This document shows positions 40,923 to 52,247 of a stretch of DNA of 64,000 nucleotides, in pieces (positions within the stretch are counted from its first letter, which is position 1; the number at the start of each line of letters is the position of its first letter). This DNA is from Candidatus Bathyarchaeota archaeon (GTDB lineage: Archaea > Thermoproteota > Bathyarchaeia > 40CM-2-53-6). The notes beneath the pieces are model-generated. The model saw only the letters and a program-made list of their open reading frames with translations, was not told where the DNA came from and ran no database searches. Where the stretch lies: assembly GCA_963706285.1 (NCBI GenBank), contig CAVPLU010000003.1:64001-128000 (forward strand), in the 5' to 3' direction. The translations under genes and the position numbers were made by a program.

Positions 40923-41393
40923 TTAGGGATCCGATCCGCTGTGGAGCGGATCCAGAAGAGGGCTGGCCGCGAATAATCTCGTTCGTTGCAGGTATTCCTC
41001 AGCTTTTCGAAGTGTTTCCTTGGCGTTCTTGTAAGTGAGGCGCTTGAGAGCTTCGTGATAGGGCAGCCACTCGTATCCGATATGTTCGCCCGATATCGTG
41101 ACCTGTTCATCTCCTGCGTTCTTGAGCAAATAGAAGATCACTTCCTTCGAAACGGTTCTTCCACGCCTCCTGTAGAAGTAGCCAATTTGTTCTCTGAAAT
41201 CGTTCAGGAATGTGTTGTTCTTGAGGCCCGTCTCCTCCAAAGTCTCCCTATTGGTAGTCTCCACCTCGGATTCCCCTGGCTCCACGTGGCCTTTCACGAA
41301 GTCCCAGTGCCCCGCTTCGTACTGGAGGAGAAGATACTCGATACCATTTCCGTCCCTAAATATGACCGCCCCGCACGACTTCTCGTGATCCAT
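40923..41393 (-). CDS. NUDIX hydrolase, Ap4A hydrolase-like
   Basis: EKSCGAV, HWDFVKGHVEPGESEVETTNRETLEETGL, SGEH. Confidence 0.92.
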   Translation of the reverse strand: MDHEKSCGAVIFRDGNGIEYLLLQYEAGHWDFVKGHVEPGESEVETTNRETLEETGLKNNTFLNDFREQIGYFYRRRGRTVSKEVIFYLLKNAGDEQVTISGEHIGYEWLPYHEALKRLTYKNAKETLRKAEEYLQRTRLFAASPLLDPLHSGSDP

Positions 41394-41652
41394 CCAAATG
41401 TCGCATCCAGTCCGAGGCTATTCTCTACCCTACGCAATGAGGTATCATTTGTGCTTTGGGCCCATGGCTTCATTCATGCTTAGTTATCTTTTCTTCCTCT
41501 AGCTTTCGAGTCGAAACGGTCTAGAGGGCCAGAACCAAAACAAGTGTGCTAAGACTACTCGAATCCCGTACATATCGGAAAGTCGCTGTCTTACGCCGAA
41601 CACGCGCGAAACAAATGTAGTGGGTTTGACATCAAACGTTCCGAGAGGTGGG

Positions 41653-42900
41653 TTACACCCAGCCTCTCAGTTTCATTGCTTCTGCAACCCGCTGGACTGA
41701 GAGCATGTATGCGGCCATTCGCATGTTCACGTTCTGCTTCACATGTATAGCGTACACATCGTTGAATGCCTTCGTCATGATCTTGTCCAAACGGTCGTGG
41801 ACTTCGTCAACAGGCCAGTAGAGGCCATACACATTCTGGACCCATTCGAAGTATGAGACGGTGACTCCTCCAGCATTGCAGAGAAAGTCCGGGATATGGA
41901 ATACCTTGTTCTTGAACAAGATATCATCCGCTTCAGGCGTCGTAGGGCCGTTTGCTGCTTCTGCGACTATCTTCGCTTTGATTCGAGATGCATTCTTAGT
42001 AGTTATGACGTTCTCGAGCGCTGCTGGAACTAGGATGTCGCATTGTTCTTCAAGAAGGCTCTCGTTTGTGATGGTTTTGGCTCCAGGGAACCCTACTACG
42101 CTTCCTGTCTTGTGTTTGTGCTGGATAATTGCATTTGAATCAAGTCCATTCTCGTTGAGGATTCCCCCCTTCGAGTCGCTTACTGCGATGATCCGTGCTC
42201 CCATCTCATGCAAGATCACGGCTGCGTTTGATCCTGCATTTCCGTAGCCTTGGATTGCGATTGAGGAACCTCTCAATGGGATGCTAAGTCGTTTTGTGGC
42301 TTCGCGGATCGTGTACGCTGCGCCGCGGGCTGTTGCATCTCCTCTTCCCTGTGATCCGCCTAGTGCTATCGGTTTTCCGGTGATCACTGCCGGAGTGTTA
42401 TGCCCCCTAATCTTGGAGAATTCATCAACCATCCATGCCATGATTTGGGCGTCCGTATAGACATCAGGGGCTGGGATATCCAATTCAGGGCCTATCACCG
42501 CGCCGATAGCGTCTATGTATGCTCGGCTGAGTCTTTCCAGTTCACGGCGCGACATCTCTTTTGGATTGCATATGACTCCTCCTTTGCCTCCGCCAAGAGG
42601 TATGTCAACACAAGCCGTCTTCCAAGTCATCCAAGCTGCAAGTGCCTTGACCGTGTCGATTGTCTCTTGCGGGTGGAACCGGATTCCTCCTTTGCATGGT
42701 CCCCGGGCGTCATTATATTGGACTCTGAACCCTTTGAATATCTTGACTTGATCGTTGTCCATCCTTACTGGAAACGTGACTTCTAGGACGCGTTTGGGTT
42801 CCCTGAGTAGGTTGTGGACGGCGGGATCTAGTTTCAGTAGCTTTGCAGCCACATCTAGTTGTTCTTGTGCAATCTTGAAGGGATTCAGTTCTTCCATCAA
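41653..42900 (-). CDS. gdhA: Glutamate dehydrogenase
   Basis: GPCKGGIRFHP, GGGKGG, PAPDV, QGYGNAG, EAANGP, NAGGVTVSYFEW. Confidence 0.95.
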   Translation of the reverse strand: MMEELNPFKIAQEQLDVAAKLLKLDPAVHNLLREPKRVLEVTFPVRMDNDQVKIFKGFRVQYNDARGPCKGGIRFHPQETIDTVKALAAWMTWKTACVDIPLGGGKGGVICNPKEMSRRELERLSRAYIDAIGAVIGPELDIPAPDVYTDAQIMAWMVDEFSKIRGHNTPAVITGKPIALGGSQGRGDATARGAAYTIREATKRLSIPLRGSSIAIQGYGNAGSNAAVILHEMGARIIAVSDSKGGILNENGLDSNAIIQHKHKTGSVVGFPGAKTITNESLLEEQCDILVPAALENVITTKNASRIKAKIVAEAANGPTTPEADDILFKNKVFHIPDFLCNAGGVTVSYFEWVQNVYGLYWPVDEVHDRLDKIMTKAFNDVYAIHVKQNVNMRMAAYMLSVQRVAEAMKLRGWV

Positions 42901-43017
42901 ACCCAGTCATCACATTGAGTTGGGTCTATGGAGCGTATTTTAAGTTAGTCTGTTCTCGAAGTGCAAGTACGTCGAATCTTCGCTTGGATCAGGTCAGGAG
43001 TATGCGGAGTGCTTTCG

Positions 43018-43893
43018 CTATTTTCCTGTATAATGATCAAGGGTCGTTCTCTCGTCGTTCGCGTGGGCGACTCTTCCCTCAATATGGTCCTCTATTCTCT
43101 TCAGCGTCTGCTCGTGCTTGTCATTCGCAAGTCCAAGCATCTTCATCATTTGGATGCAGTTCTCTGGCGCATATCCATGAAAATGGTTGTTGAAGACCCC
43201 GTAACTCTGCTTTGTGTTATTCCGTACCTCCTCAATTTTGGGCAGCCAGTCAGTGAGCTGGTTGTTGGTATACCGGTAGTCATACCAGAGCCCTCGACCT
43301 CTACCGTGCCATCGGACGTACCCAATATCTGAGGTGATGTGGACTTCCGGAGGCAGTAATGGTTCGTCAACAATGCAGTAAGCAGTTTTGTATTTGCTTA
43401 AGGTCGTCCATGTGCTCGACTCTAGCCACGACGGATGCCTGAACTCAACAACGTAGTTGAACCTCCTAGGCAACAAAGCAAGAAATTCCTCAAGAAGCGC
43501 ATCATCGCGCTTCAGCGACGGGGGCAACTGAACGAGCATGCACGCTAACTTGTCTTGCGAGAGCAGGGGATCGAAAAGCTCACAAAACGAATCCAATTCT
43601 ATCTGTGCCTTTTCATCGAGTTTCAGGCGTAGCTCATGAGTGAATTTCTTGTTCATCTTTGCGCTGAAGACAAAGCTTCGAGGCGTATATCGCGTCATAC
43701 CAAGTATCGTTCCTTTTTCTGGGAACCCATAGAAGGATGAGTCGATCTCCACAGTGTCGAAGATCGCGGAGTATTGTTGGAGCATACTCTTGTCAGGGTC
43801 ATACAGTGGGCCAATCCATTCCTTGTACGACCAGCCGGCACATCCTAGCCTAATTGGTGCCTGCTCTCGCTCATGTCCGCCTGACAACAACAT
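43018..43893 (-). CDS. DUF72-family protein
   Basis: GCAGWSY.EW, TVEIDSSFY, QLPPS, EFRHPSW, YVRWHGR, FNNH. Confidence 0.92.
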   Translation of the reverse strand: MLLSGGHEREQAPIRLGCAGWSYKEWIGPLYDPDKSMLQQYSAIFDTVEIDSSFYGFPEKGTILGMTRYTPRSFVFSAKMNKKFTHELRLKLDEKAQIELDSFCELFDPLLSQDKLACMLVQLPPSLKRDDALLEEFLALLPRRFNYVVEFRHPSWLESSTWTTLSKYKTAYCIVDEPLLPPEVHITSDIGYVRWHGRGRGLWYDYRYTNNQLTDWLPKIEEVRNNTKQSYGVFNNHFHGYAPENCIQMMKMLGLANDKHEQTLKRIEDHIEGRVAHANDERTTLDHYTGK

Positions 43894-44006
43894 TGCTCCT
43901 TGAGTGTTCGTCTTGGTTGTTGTCGGTGCCTATTGCGGATTTCGGGCAACCCTTAAAGGATCTCACCCGAAGCTTGTCTCGAGTCAGCTGAGACTGGTAG
44001 ACTGGC

Positions 44007-45777
44007 GTGAGATACGAGCAACTTGCAGAGGTCTTCGAGGGAATCGAAGCCACCTCAAAGAGACTGGAAATGACAGACCTCCTGGTCAAGCTGCTCAAAG
44101 AAACCCCGAAGGGTCTCGTAGACAAGGTCGTCTATCTGACTCAAGGAAAGCTCTATCCTGACTTCATGGGCATCGAACTTGGAATGGCAGAGAAGCTGGT
44201 TGAGAAGGCAATATCGTTCGCGTCCGGTCGGACAGAGGCTGAGATTGAATCCGCTTTTCAATCGGACCGGAGACTTGGGGTTGGCAGCGCAAGAGGCGCT
44301 GAAGAAACGATCACAGTCAACCCTCATGAAGAAGGAACTCTCCGTTGAAGCGGTCTACGGAACGTTCGACAAGATTGCTCACTCAACGGGAGATCGTTCG
44401 GTAGATGCGAAAGTCAAACTTCTATCAAGTCTTCTAATTGATGCAAATCCTGTCGAAGCGAAATTCGTAGCACGAATGGCTCTTGGCAAACTGCGAGTTG
44501 GAATCGCTGACATGACTATTCTGGATGCGCTTGCAATCGCATACGCTGGAGGGAAAGAATTTCGAGAATCGTTTGAAAGGGCCTACAATCTGTCATCTGA
44601 CTTGGGATACGTGGCAAAGGTGGTGGCGACAAACGGAGTTGACGGTGTAAAGGACTTCAGGATATCTGTCGGCCGTCCTGTAAGATCAATGCTCTGCGAG
44701 CGTCTCTCTTCAGCCCAAGAGATCCTCACCAAACTGGGAGGCAAGGGATCAGCCGAATACAAGTACGATGGCCTGCGGATCCAAGCTCACATCTCCAAGA
44801 CGAAGGTTCAATTGTTTTCGAGACGATTGGAGAACATCACGAGTCAGTTCCCCGACGTGGCTGAGAGTCTGAGATCCGCGGTGTTGCCACAGCAAGCAAT
44901 TCTTGAAGGAGAATGTGTCGCAGTTGACGCGAACACAGGCGACATGTTACCATTCCAAGTTGTGTCACAAAGGAGAGGACGAAGACACGAGATCGAAACA
45001 ATGGCGGAGGAAGTGCCGGTAACCGTGTTCCTGTTTGATGTTCTCTACGATGACGGCCAAGATTTCACACTTACGCCTTACCCGCAACGGAGAATTGAGC
45101 TCACTAAGATTGTCAGGGAGTCCGATCAGGTCCGCGTTGCGGAACAGCTGATGACTGAGGACGCCGAGGAGCTCGAACGCTATTTCGACAAAGCCGTTTC
45201 TATGGGATGCGAAGGCTTGGTCGTCAAGAGCACTCTTGATGAATCAATCTATCAGGCAGGAGCTCGCGGTTGGCTATGGATCAAGTATAAGAGATCATAC
45301 AGGGCGGAGGTAGCTGATACCTTCGACCTAGTCCCAGTTGGAGCATTTCACGGTAGAGGAAAGAGAGCAGGAACCTACGGCGCACTGCTGATGGCCGTAT
45401 ACGACCCAGAGACCGATCAGTTCGAAACGATATCCAAACTCGGGAGCGGGTTCACAGACGAGGACCTTGAGAAACTGCCCAAGATCCTCAGACAGGATAT
45501 TCTTCCACATAGGCATCCGAGAGTGAGTTCAGAGATGAAAGCGGACCTCTGGTTAACGCCGTCAAAGGTTCTTGAGGTCTCAGCAGACGAGATCACCCTC
45601 TCGCCGCTCCACACGTGCGCGTTAGGTTCGGTCAGGCCTGGTAGCGGACTGGCGCTCAGGTTCCCCAGATTCACAGGCAAATACAGAGACGACAAGTCCC
45701 CAGAGGATGCAACAACGGGTAAGGAAGCGCTTGAGATCTATCATAGGCAACTGAAGAAGATCGAAACTGAGTCATAG
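44007..45777 (+). CDS. lig: ATP-dependent DNA ligase (frameshift ~44260)
   Basis: EYKYDGLR, EGLVVK, WIKYK, LRFPRF. Confidence 0.95.
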
Positions 45778-45834
45778 TTATGTTTACACGCCATGGATAA
45801 ATTTGCGCAGCTCCAAGTGTAGTGGTCTATCCAT

Positions 45835-46119
45835 TTGAAGATCGCTGTCAAGTATTCGATACCTTTTCGCGAGGACACGGGCGTCAGAGAGGAGACATAT
45901 GAGGTAGACCGGGAATCGATCACCGTTGCGGAAGTGCTTGATCTAGTAGTCGGCAGGCACTCATCCATGAGCAAATTTGTCGACAAAACCAGTGAGGAGG
46001 CGCAAAGACATCAACTTGTCATCGCTGTCAACTCTAGGGTTGTCAGATTGTGTGACGAGATTTATGACGGAGACAGTGTCAGTGTCTTGCTACCCGTAAT
46101 CGGAGGCTACAGGAAATGA
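45835..46119 (+). CDS. MoaD/ThiS (SAMP-like) ubiquitin-fold protein
   Basis: IAVN...DGDSVSVLLPVIGG followed by a short YRK tail. Confidence 0.85.
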   Translation: MKIAVKYSIPFREDTGVREETYEVDRESITVAEVLDLVVGRHSSMSKFVDKTSEEAQRHQLVIAVNSRVVRLCDEIYDGDSVSVLLPVIGGYRK

Positions 46120-47975
46120 TAGGCTCGATTGGAGGATACACGGGGCGGATACTGCATGTGGATCTGTCTGAGCGGAACCAACGTGTGGAAGCCCTCTCAG
46201 AAGGAGAAGCGCGTGCGTATGTCGGCGGCAGCGGTTTGGCAGCGAAACGTCTGTGGGAAATGACAAGTGGAAAGACGGACCCGCTAGGTCCCGAGAATGT
46301 TCTGATTTTCATGACGGGGCCCCTCACAGGGACAAAGGTTCCGCTCTCTGGTCGTCATGAAGTCGTAGCGAAATCCCCGCTTACAGGAATCTATGGAGAA
46401 TGCGATGTCGGGGGAAAATGGGGTACCCAGCTGAAGAAAGCAGGTTTCGATGGAGTAATCATCACAGGAAAGTCAGCTAAGCACACCTACATTTGGATCA
46501 ACGAAAGCGGAGTCGAGGTGCGTGACGCTGAGCACATATGGGGACTCGACACATACGAGGCAAGCGCAATCCTCAGAAAAGAAACTGATCCGAAGGCGAT
46601 TGAGGCGTGCATCGGCCCGGCAGGTGAGCGGCTCGCAAAGATCGCTGCAATAATGCATGATGGTAGAGACGGGAGAGCAGCGGGAAGGTGTGGGCTCGGA
46701 GCGGTTATGGGTTCAAAGAATCTCAAGGCCATCGTGGCAAGCGGTAGCAAAGAGGTTCCAGTGGTCGACGAGAAGAGTATCTCGGAGATGACAAAGAAGC
46801 TCGCGCCGGAGATTCACAAGGGTACGAAACGTCTTACCGATTACGGCACGAGCCAGTTGATGACGACGGTTGAGGAGTTGGGTGACCTGCCAATAAGGAA
46901 CTGGAAGCAAGGCCGCTGGCAGGAGGGCGCTGAGAAACTGTCCGGAGTGACGATGGCTAAAACGATTCTGAAAGGAAGGTACTTCTGTGGAGCTTGTATC
47001 GTGGGTTGCGGTCGGACTGTAGCGGTCGATCATGGGGAGTACGCCGGCATTGACGGAGCGGGCCCCGAGTACGAGAGCATGGCCTTGCTGGGTGCTAACA
47101 CTCTCGTTGACGATCTGGAGGCTGTTGCGAAGGCGCATGAACTCTGCAACAGATATGGTATGGACGTCATATCGACTGGGGCTGTCATTGGTTTCGCCTT
47201 GGAGGCAGTTGAACGGGGGATCCTCAAGAGAGACCGAGACGAAGAGAATGACTTTGCCTGGGGAAACGCCAAGGGTATCGTACGTATGGTCGAGAGGATC
47301 GGCCGCCGTGAAGGTGTAGGGCACCTGCTCGGCGAAGGAGTGATGCGTGCTTCAGCAAAGCTTGGAGGAGGCAGCGAGACCTTTGCGCTCCACGTGAAAG
47401 GGCTGGAACCTCCTGGGCATGATCCGCGTGCCTACAACAGTCTCGCCGTTGGATATGCGACAAGTAATCGCGGAGCGTGCCATCTGCAGGGAATGTCTTA
47501 CGCATTTGAGCGCTCCGCTACGATGCCAGAGCTTGGGATAAACGAGGTTCAAGACAGATTCGGAGTCGTGAAGAAGGGAGAGTTGGTCGCAAAGACGCAA
47601 GATCTAATGTCGCTCTTCGACTCCCTCAAACTCTGCAAATTCCTCATTTATGGAAGCGTGAAAGTGACCCACATACTAGAGTATCTCAACGCCGTCACAG
47701 GTTTGGGAACTAGCCAGGCAGAATTCCTGAGGGCAGGAGAGAGGATCTACAATCTGAAGCGAATGTACGATGTCAGGTGCGGGATCACAAGAAAGGACGA
47801 CACTGTGCCCGCTAGAATGCTTCGAGAGAAGCGCAAAGAGGGCGGAGCCGCAGAGAACCTTCCTCCATATTCTGAGGTACTTGACGAATACTACGAATAC
47901 CGTGGCTGGGATCGGAACGGAATACCAACCAAAACGAAGCTGAGCGAACTAGGACTGGCGCATATGGCTTCATAG
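46116..47975 (+). CDS. aor: Tungsten aldehyde:ferredoxin oxidoreductase family
   Basis: KSPLTG, GRCGLGAVMGSKNLKAI, CGACIVGC, GPEYE, RGACH, YYEYRGWD. Confidence 0.93.
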   Translation: MIGSIGGYTGRILHVDLSERNQRVEALSEGEARAYVGGSGLAAKRLWEMTSGKTDPLGPENVLIFMTGPLTGTKVPLSGRHEVVAKSPLTGIYGECDVGGKWGTQLKKAGFDGVIITGKSAKHTYIWINESGVEVRDAEHIWGLDTYEASAILRKETDPKAIEACIGPAGERLAKIAAIMHDGRDGRAAGRCGLGAVMGSKNLKAIVASGSKEVPVVDEKSISEMTKKLAPEIHKGTKRLTDYGTSQLMTTVEELGDLPIRNWKQGRWQEGAEKLSGVTMAKTILKGRYFCGACIVGCGRTVAVDHGEYAGIDGAGPEYESMALLGANTLVDDLEAVAKAHELCNRYGMDVISTGAVIGFALEAVERGILKRDRDEENDFAWGNAKGIVRMVERIGRREGVGHLLGEGVMRASAKLGGGSETFALHVKGLEPPGHDPRAYNSLAVGYATSNRGACHLQGMSYAFERSATMPELGINEVQDRFGVVKKGELVAKTQDLMSLFDSLKLCKFLIYGSVKVTHILEYLNAVTGLGTSQAEFLRAGERIYNLKRMYDVRCGITRKDDTVPARMLREKRKEGGAAENLPPYSEVLDEYYEYRGWDRNGIPTKTKLSELGLAHMAS

Positions 47976-48029
47976 AAGCCCAATCGACTGATACTACCTC
48001 GCGATAGACTGGATGGATGACTCAGCAAA

Positions 48030-48566
48030 CTAGGGCGAGGGTTTTAGACCCTGTGCGAGCTCGAGTGCTTTCTCAACCGCTCTTCTTGGATCGGGCTCTG
48101 AGAGAATGCGGACGCTTTTGCGTTCATCCAAGTAAGTCTCTTTTACTTGGTCCGCCACGCCTCCACTTCCGTCAATTGCGATTACAGGTTTTCCCTTGAT
48201 GTACGCAATACAGGTCTCGATTAGGGCACCCGCACCACCAGCGATGATGATCACGGCATCGGCGCTGTAGGCGGTTGCGAAGTCCCTAGCCCAGCCTATG
48301 CCTGTCGCAATTACCACATCACAGTAGGAGTTGGCGTAATGAATATCATCATGAGGAATTATGCCGACAGTTGTCCCATGATTATCCCTCGCACCTCTAC
48401 AAGCCGCTTCCATGACTCCGCCTAGACCACCGGTTATGATCACGGCGCCACGTCTGGCAGCTTCAGCACCAACCTCGTAAGCCAATGCGCGTGCTTCTTC
48501 GGTGCAATGGTCTGCGGCAGACCCTATCACCAACAACTGAACCCTCCTCCCGGATTCTTTCACCAA
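48030..48566 (-). CDS. TIGR00725 LOG-family protein
   Basis: TGGLGGVMEAACRGA, TVGIIP, ANSYCDVVIATGIG. Confidence 0.9.
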   Translation of the reverse strand: MVKESGRRVQLLVIGSAADHCTEEARALAYEVGAEAARRGAVIITGGLGGVMEAACRGARDNHGTTVGIIPHDDIHYANSYCDVVIATGIGWARDFATAYSADAVIIIAGGAGALIETCIAYIKGKPVIAIDGSGGVADQVKETYLDERKSVRILSEPDPRRAVEKALELAQGLKPSP

Positions 48567-48662
48567 TCAGCAGCCTCTCCCTTTCCTATGATTCGCCCAA
48601 GTGCAATACGTTAGTTGCTGCTTCTCGCTCGATAATTCAGCAGTGGGTGAGTGTCTCACTTC

Positions 48663-48766
48663 GTGTTTCGGTATCCGCGCCGTTTGCCGTGTGGTCCATG
48701 AAGTGATCCATGTGGTCGGCGACGCGGTCTTGCCGGTCTTTTCTTTGACAAGATGTACCGAAACAC
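48663..48766. other. Intergenic element bounded by 11-bp inverted repeats with internal stems
   Basis: GTGTTTCGGTA ... TACCGAAACAC; inner CCGCG/CGCGG and TCTTG/CAAGA. Confidence 0.4.
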
Positions 48767-49079
48767 TGCTACGATGCGTCCTACATTTTAGAGTTGCTCA
48801 ATCGCCTCGATCTAGCTCACGTGAAGACACGACGACGCCATGAGCTAGGCAACGATATACTATCTTGCTATCGCTCTCGAATCTGATCATGAGTTCGGGT
48901 TTCGGATGCATGCAGTTCTTGCGATGAATTAACGGATCAATAGAAGGTGGTTTCGCCAGCAGTATTTCCGACAATGGGATCTGCAAGACAGAAGTCGGTA
49001 TCAGGTCAAAGAGAGTACACATCAGCCAGAATGGATAGATGTCACTATTGCGTAACACCCGCTGCCAGGACGTGCTTCG

Positions 49080-49517
49080 ATGCCCCGCCTTCTCATCCAC
49101 GCCATCATCGGGTTTCCTGTTTCGTTGCTAGTTGCATACTTATCGGGGCCATTAGCCGGACTGGTCTTCTTCATATCAAGTCTTCTCGTCGACATCGATC
49201 ATCTAGTCGGCCACTATTTCATCACGAAAGATTGGACATGGAACGTTAGGAACGAATATGTGAGCATGTCAAAGTGGTGGAAGAGAGTCTCTGTGCTCCC
49301 ATCAGGCGAATTGGAACCAAAGTATCTTCACTGGCAATTCTTGCACAGAATCGAGCCCTGGATTGCGGTCACCTATTTTGCCCCCAACCCATTGAACATG
49401 ATTGGCGCTGGGGCATTGAGCAACATGTTTCTAGACGTGATAGAGTGGCCCAAACGCATCAAGTACATGACAGTGGCGACAGACATAGTGAGATTAGCTC
49501 TCAATTTCAGATCTTAG
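49080..49517 (+). CDS. Membrane-bound metal-dependent hydrolase-like protein
   Basis: N-terminal H, LVDIDH, LHRIE, M.LD pattern. Confidence 0.65.
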   Translation: MPRLLIHAIIGFPVSLLVAYLSGPLAGLVFFISSLLVDIDHLVGHYFITKDWTWNVRNEYVSMSKWWKRVSVLPSGELEPKYLHWQFLHRIEPWIAVTYFAPNPLNMIGAGALSNMFLDVIEWPKRIKYMTVATDIVRLALNFRS

Positions 49518-50032
49518 AGTTGTCTTGTTCGATCGGATCACTTGCGTTGGGAATCAGTCTGAGAGACTACGACGATCTTGCAGAGGGGACTCCCAAGCCC
49601 GCCTATGCTGTTGCGTGGCATTCTTCGTGCCGTTCGCACAGCCCAGAGTAAATACCATAATTAGTTGAGTTGATTTCGAGGAGTGCTTCTAAACATGATC
49701 TTGTCCCAAATACTAATGTCCGTTCGCGCCCATACCTCATATTGATCTCCTGGTCACGGAAAAACCCGGCAAGGCATTCGTGACAGAGCTCGCCCAGCGA
49801 TGAGTGGGCGGAATAATAAAGAAAACTAACGTTTGATGGTCGCGTCGTTGCGGCATCCACTCCACACACTAGCCGAACCGTAGCTGAATCTGACTTGCCA
49901 CCATCTCGAACTTCCCCTTGCACTTCAACCCTGCTAGTGTTAGGTGCAGTTGAATCGTCGGCGACGCACATTCCCCCATGCTTTCGACATAGTTATGAGG
50001 ATCACTCTCTAGCTTGGAATTGATCGGAAGCG

Positions 50033-50275
50033 ATGACCTCCACAATCGAAACACCAAGAATCGTAATCGTGGAGGATCTCTGCAAAGGGTGCGGGATCTG
50101 TGTTGAGTTCTGTCCAGTGAAGATACTCAAGATGAGCAGTCAGATGACAAAGAAGGGCATCTATCCGCCGGAGGTCATCGACGCAGCTAGGTGTACCGGT
50201 TGTCGGATATGTCAATACTATTGTCCGGACTTGGCAATATTCGTCATCGGGAGGTCTGGGTCTTCGCGCCCATGA
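50033..50275 (+). CDS. korD: 2-oxoacid:ferredoxin oxidoreductase delta subunit (2x[4Fe-4S])
   Basis: CKGCGICVEFCP, CTGCRICQYYCPD. Confidence 0.9.
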   Translation: MTSTIETPRIVIVEDLCKGCGICVEFCPVKILKMSSQMTKKGIYPPEVIDAARCTGCRICQYYCPDLAIFVIGRSGSSRP

Positions 50276-51408
50276 AACCTGGCACGTACTTCATGCAAGG
50301 AAACGAAGCTTGCGCCTTAGCCGCGGTTGCTGCAGGCTGTCGATTCTTCGCCTTCTATCCAATCACTCCAGCTGGTGAGATTGCAGAGAAGATGTCTCAG
50401 CTTCTTCCACGAACCCGTGGCGTTTACATTCAGATGGAAGATGAGATTGCTGCAATCGGAAGCGTGATCGGGGCTTCATGGACGGGTCTCAAGGCGATGA
50501 CGGCAACTTCCGGCCCAGGCTTCAGTCTCATGCAGGAGAATATCGGATACGCGGTTATGACTGAGACACCGTGCGTGATTGTCGACGTTCAGCGAGCAGG
50601 ACCAAGCACCGGGATCGTGTCGGCCCCTATGCAAGGTGACGTTGTGCAAGCGAGACGCGGCAGCCATGGAGAGTATGAGATTATCGCTCTCGCTCCCTAC
50701 TCCGCTCAAGAGATGTTTGACCTGACAATACGCGCATTCAACTTGGCCGAGCAGTATAGGACGCCGGTGATCGTGCTTGCCGACGAAACCGTGGCTCACA
50801 TGCGTGAAGAAGTCATGATCCCTGAGGAAAGCTCTCTTGTGATCGCCAACAGAAAAGTACCATCAACCGTAGAGGAAGCCGCTCACGGTTTTCTCGATCC
50901 CTCAGTTGCTCCCATGCCGATCTTTGGCAAAGGGTTCGCTGCTCACGTAACTGGCTCGTCGCATGACGAATTCGGTATGCGTCAAGCAAGCGAGCCTGAA
51001 GCAATTGATAGGATCGTGCGAACGATCCACCAAAAGATAGTGCCTCACACGGACCAGATCTCGGGAACTGAGAGAATGATGCTGGAAGACGCCGAGGTTG
51101 CACTTGTTGCGTACGGAAGCTGTGCAAGGACAGCTGAATACGTCGTGAAACAAGCGCGTAATGAGGGAATCAGAGTTGGACTGCTAAGGCTTATTGGACT
51201 ATGGCCCTTTCCGGCCAGACAAATCAAGGAAGCGCTCAATTCCGTCAAACGAGTCATTGTACTGGAGAACAACCTAGGCCAACTCTTCCCCGAAATCGAG
51301 AGAGTGGTTCCAGAGGGTGCAACAACATCATTCCTCCCTCCGGAAACGCTCGCAACCTTGCACAAACCAGACTATGTGCTGAAGCACGTAATGGGAGAGG
51401 CCCTCTGA
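50272..51408 (+). CDS. korA: 2-oxoacid:ferredoxin oxidoreductase alpha subunit
   Basis: YPITP, QMEDEIA, TATSGPGFSLMQE, QRAGPSTG. Confidence 0.92.
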   Translation: MKPGTYFMQGNEACALAAVAAGCRFFAFYPITPAGEIAEKMSQLLPRTRGVYIQMEDEIAAIGSVIGASWTGLKAMTATSGPGFSLMQENIGYAVMTETPCVIVDVQRAGPSTGIVSAPMQGDVVQARRGSHGEYEIIALAPYSAQEMFDLTIRAFNLAEQYRTPVIVLADETVAHMREEVMIPEESSLVIANRKVPSTVEEAAHGFLDPSVAPMPIFGKGFAAHVTGSSHDEFGMRQASEPEAIDRIVRTIHQKIVPHTDQISGTERMMLEDAEVALVAYGSCARTAEYVVKQARNEGIRVGLLRLIGLWPFPARQIKEALNSVKRVIVLENNLGQLFPEIERVVPEGATTSFLPPETLATLHKPDYVLKHVMGEAL

Positions 51409-51410
51409 GT

Positions 51411-52247
51411 TTGACTGACGAGAAGCTCCATCCACTCTCGAAATACATACGGAAAGGCGCACAAACACATACCCACTGCCCGGGATGTGGGAATGGAATC
51501 ATTGCACAATCATTTCTGAGAGCGATCGACAAAGCCGGCATCTCAAAGGAGAAGATCGTTTGTGTCGCAGGGATTGGATGTAGCGGCTGGATACCCAGCC
51601 CCTTTTTCGATATCGATACACTGCACGTGACTCATGGACGCCCGATCGCATTCGCTACTGGAGTGAAGCTTGGCAATCCGGAGCTCGAAGTGGTGGTCTT
51701 CACAGGTGACGGAGACGCCTCCGCAATCGGAGGCAATCATCTCATACACGCGGCTCGAAGAAATATCGGCATCAAAGTGATCTGCGTCAACAACATGATT
51801 TATGGAATGACGGGCGGAGAAGCGGCGCCCACCACTCCGCGCGGAATGAAGACAACAACAACTCCGTTTGGAAACTTGGAGAGGCCATTCGACCTGTCGA
51901 AACTGGTCATAGCAGCGGGAGGCACCTACGTTGCCAGATGGACAACATACCATGTCGCAAGTCTGGTCGCATCAATGAAGAAAGCGTTGACCCGGAACGG
52001 CTTCGCTTTCCTCGAAGTCCTATCTCAGTGCCCCGTCCACTTTGGTCGCAGAATAGGGATCACAGATCCTGTCGAGATGATGCGATGGTTCCAGAAACAG
52101 TCCGTCACTATCGAGATGGCACAGGGAATGACGGAACAGGAACTGTCGGACAAGTTCGTTGTAGGTGAATTCCAAGACGTCGAGGCGCCAGAGCTGACCA
52201 GACTCTATGCAGAGCTGTTCGAGGCTGCCAGTCGTGACTCGAACTGA
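51411..52247 (+). CDS. korB: 2-oxoacid:ferredoxin oxidoreductase beta subunit
   Basis: CPGCG, GIGCS, HGR, GDGD...IGGNH, NNMIYGMTGG. Confidence 0.92.
   Translation: MTDEKLHPLSKYIRKGAQTHTHCPGCGNGIIAQSFLRAIDKAGISKEKIVCVAGIGCSGWIPSPFFDIDTLHVTHGRPIAFATGVKLGNPELEVVVFTGDGDASAIGGNHLIHAARRNIGIKVICVNNMIYGMTGGEAAPTTPRGMKTTTTPFGNLERPFDLSKLVIAAGGTYVARWTTYHVASLVASMKKALTRNGFAFLEVLSQCPVHFGRRIGITDPVEMMRWFQKQSVTIEMAQGMTEQELSDKFVVGEFQDVEAPELTRLYAELFEAASRDSN

Noticed and set aside
48798-49971. ORFs 48798-49100 (-) and 49603-49971 (-) with scattered Cys/His
   Set aside because: No recognisable family, uncertain starts and possible frameshifts; not enough support to call.
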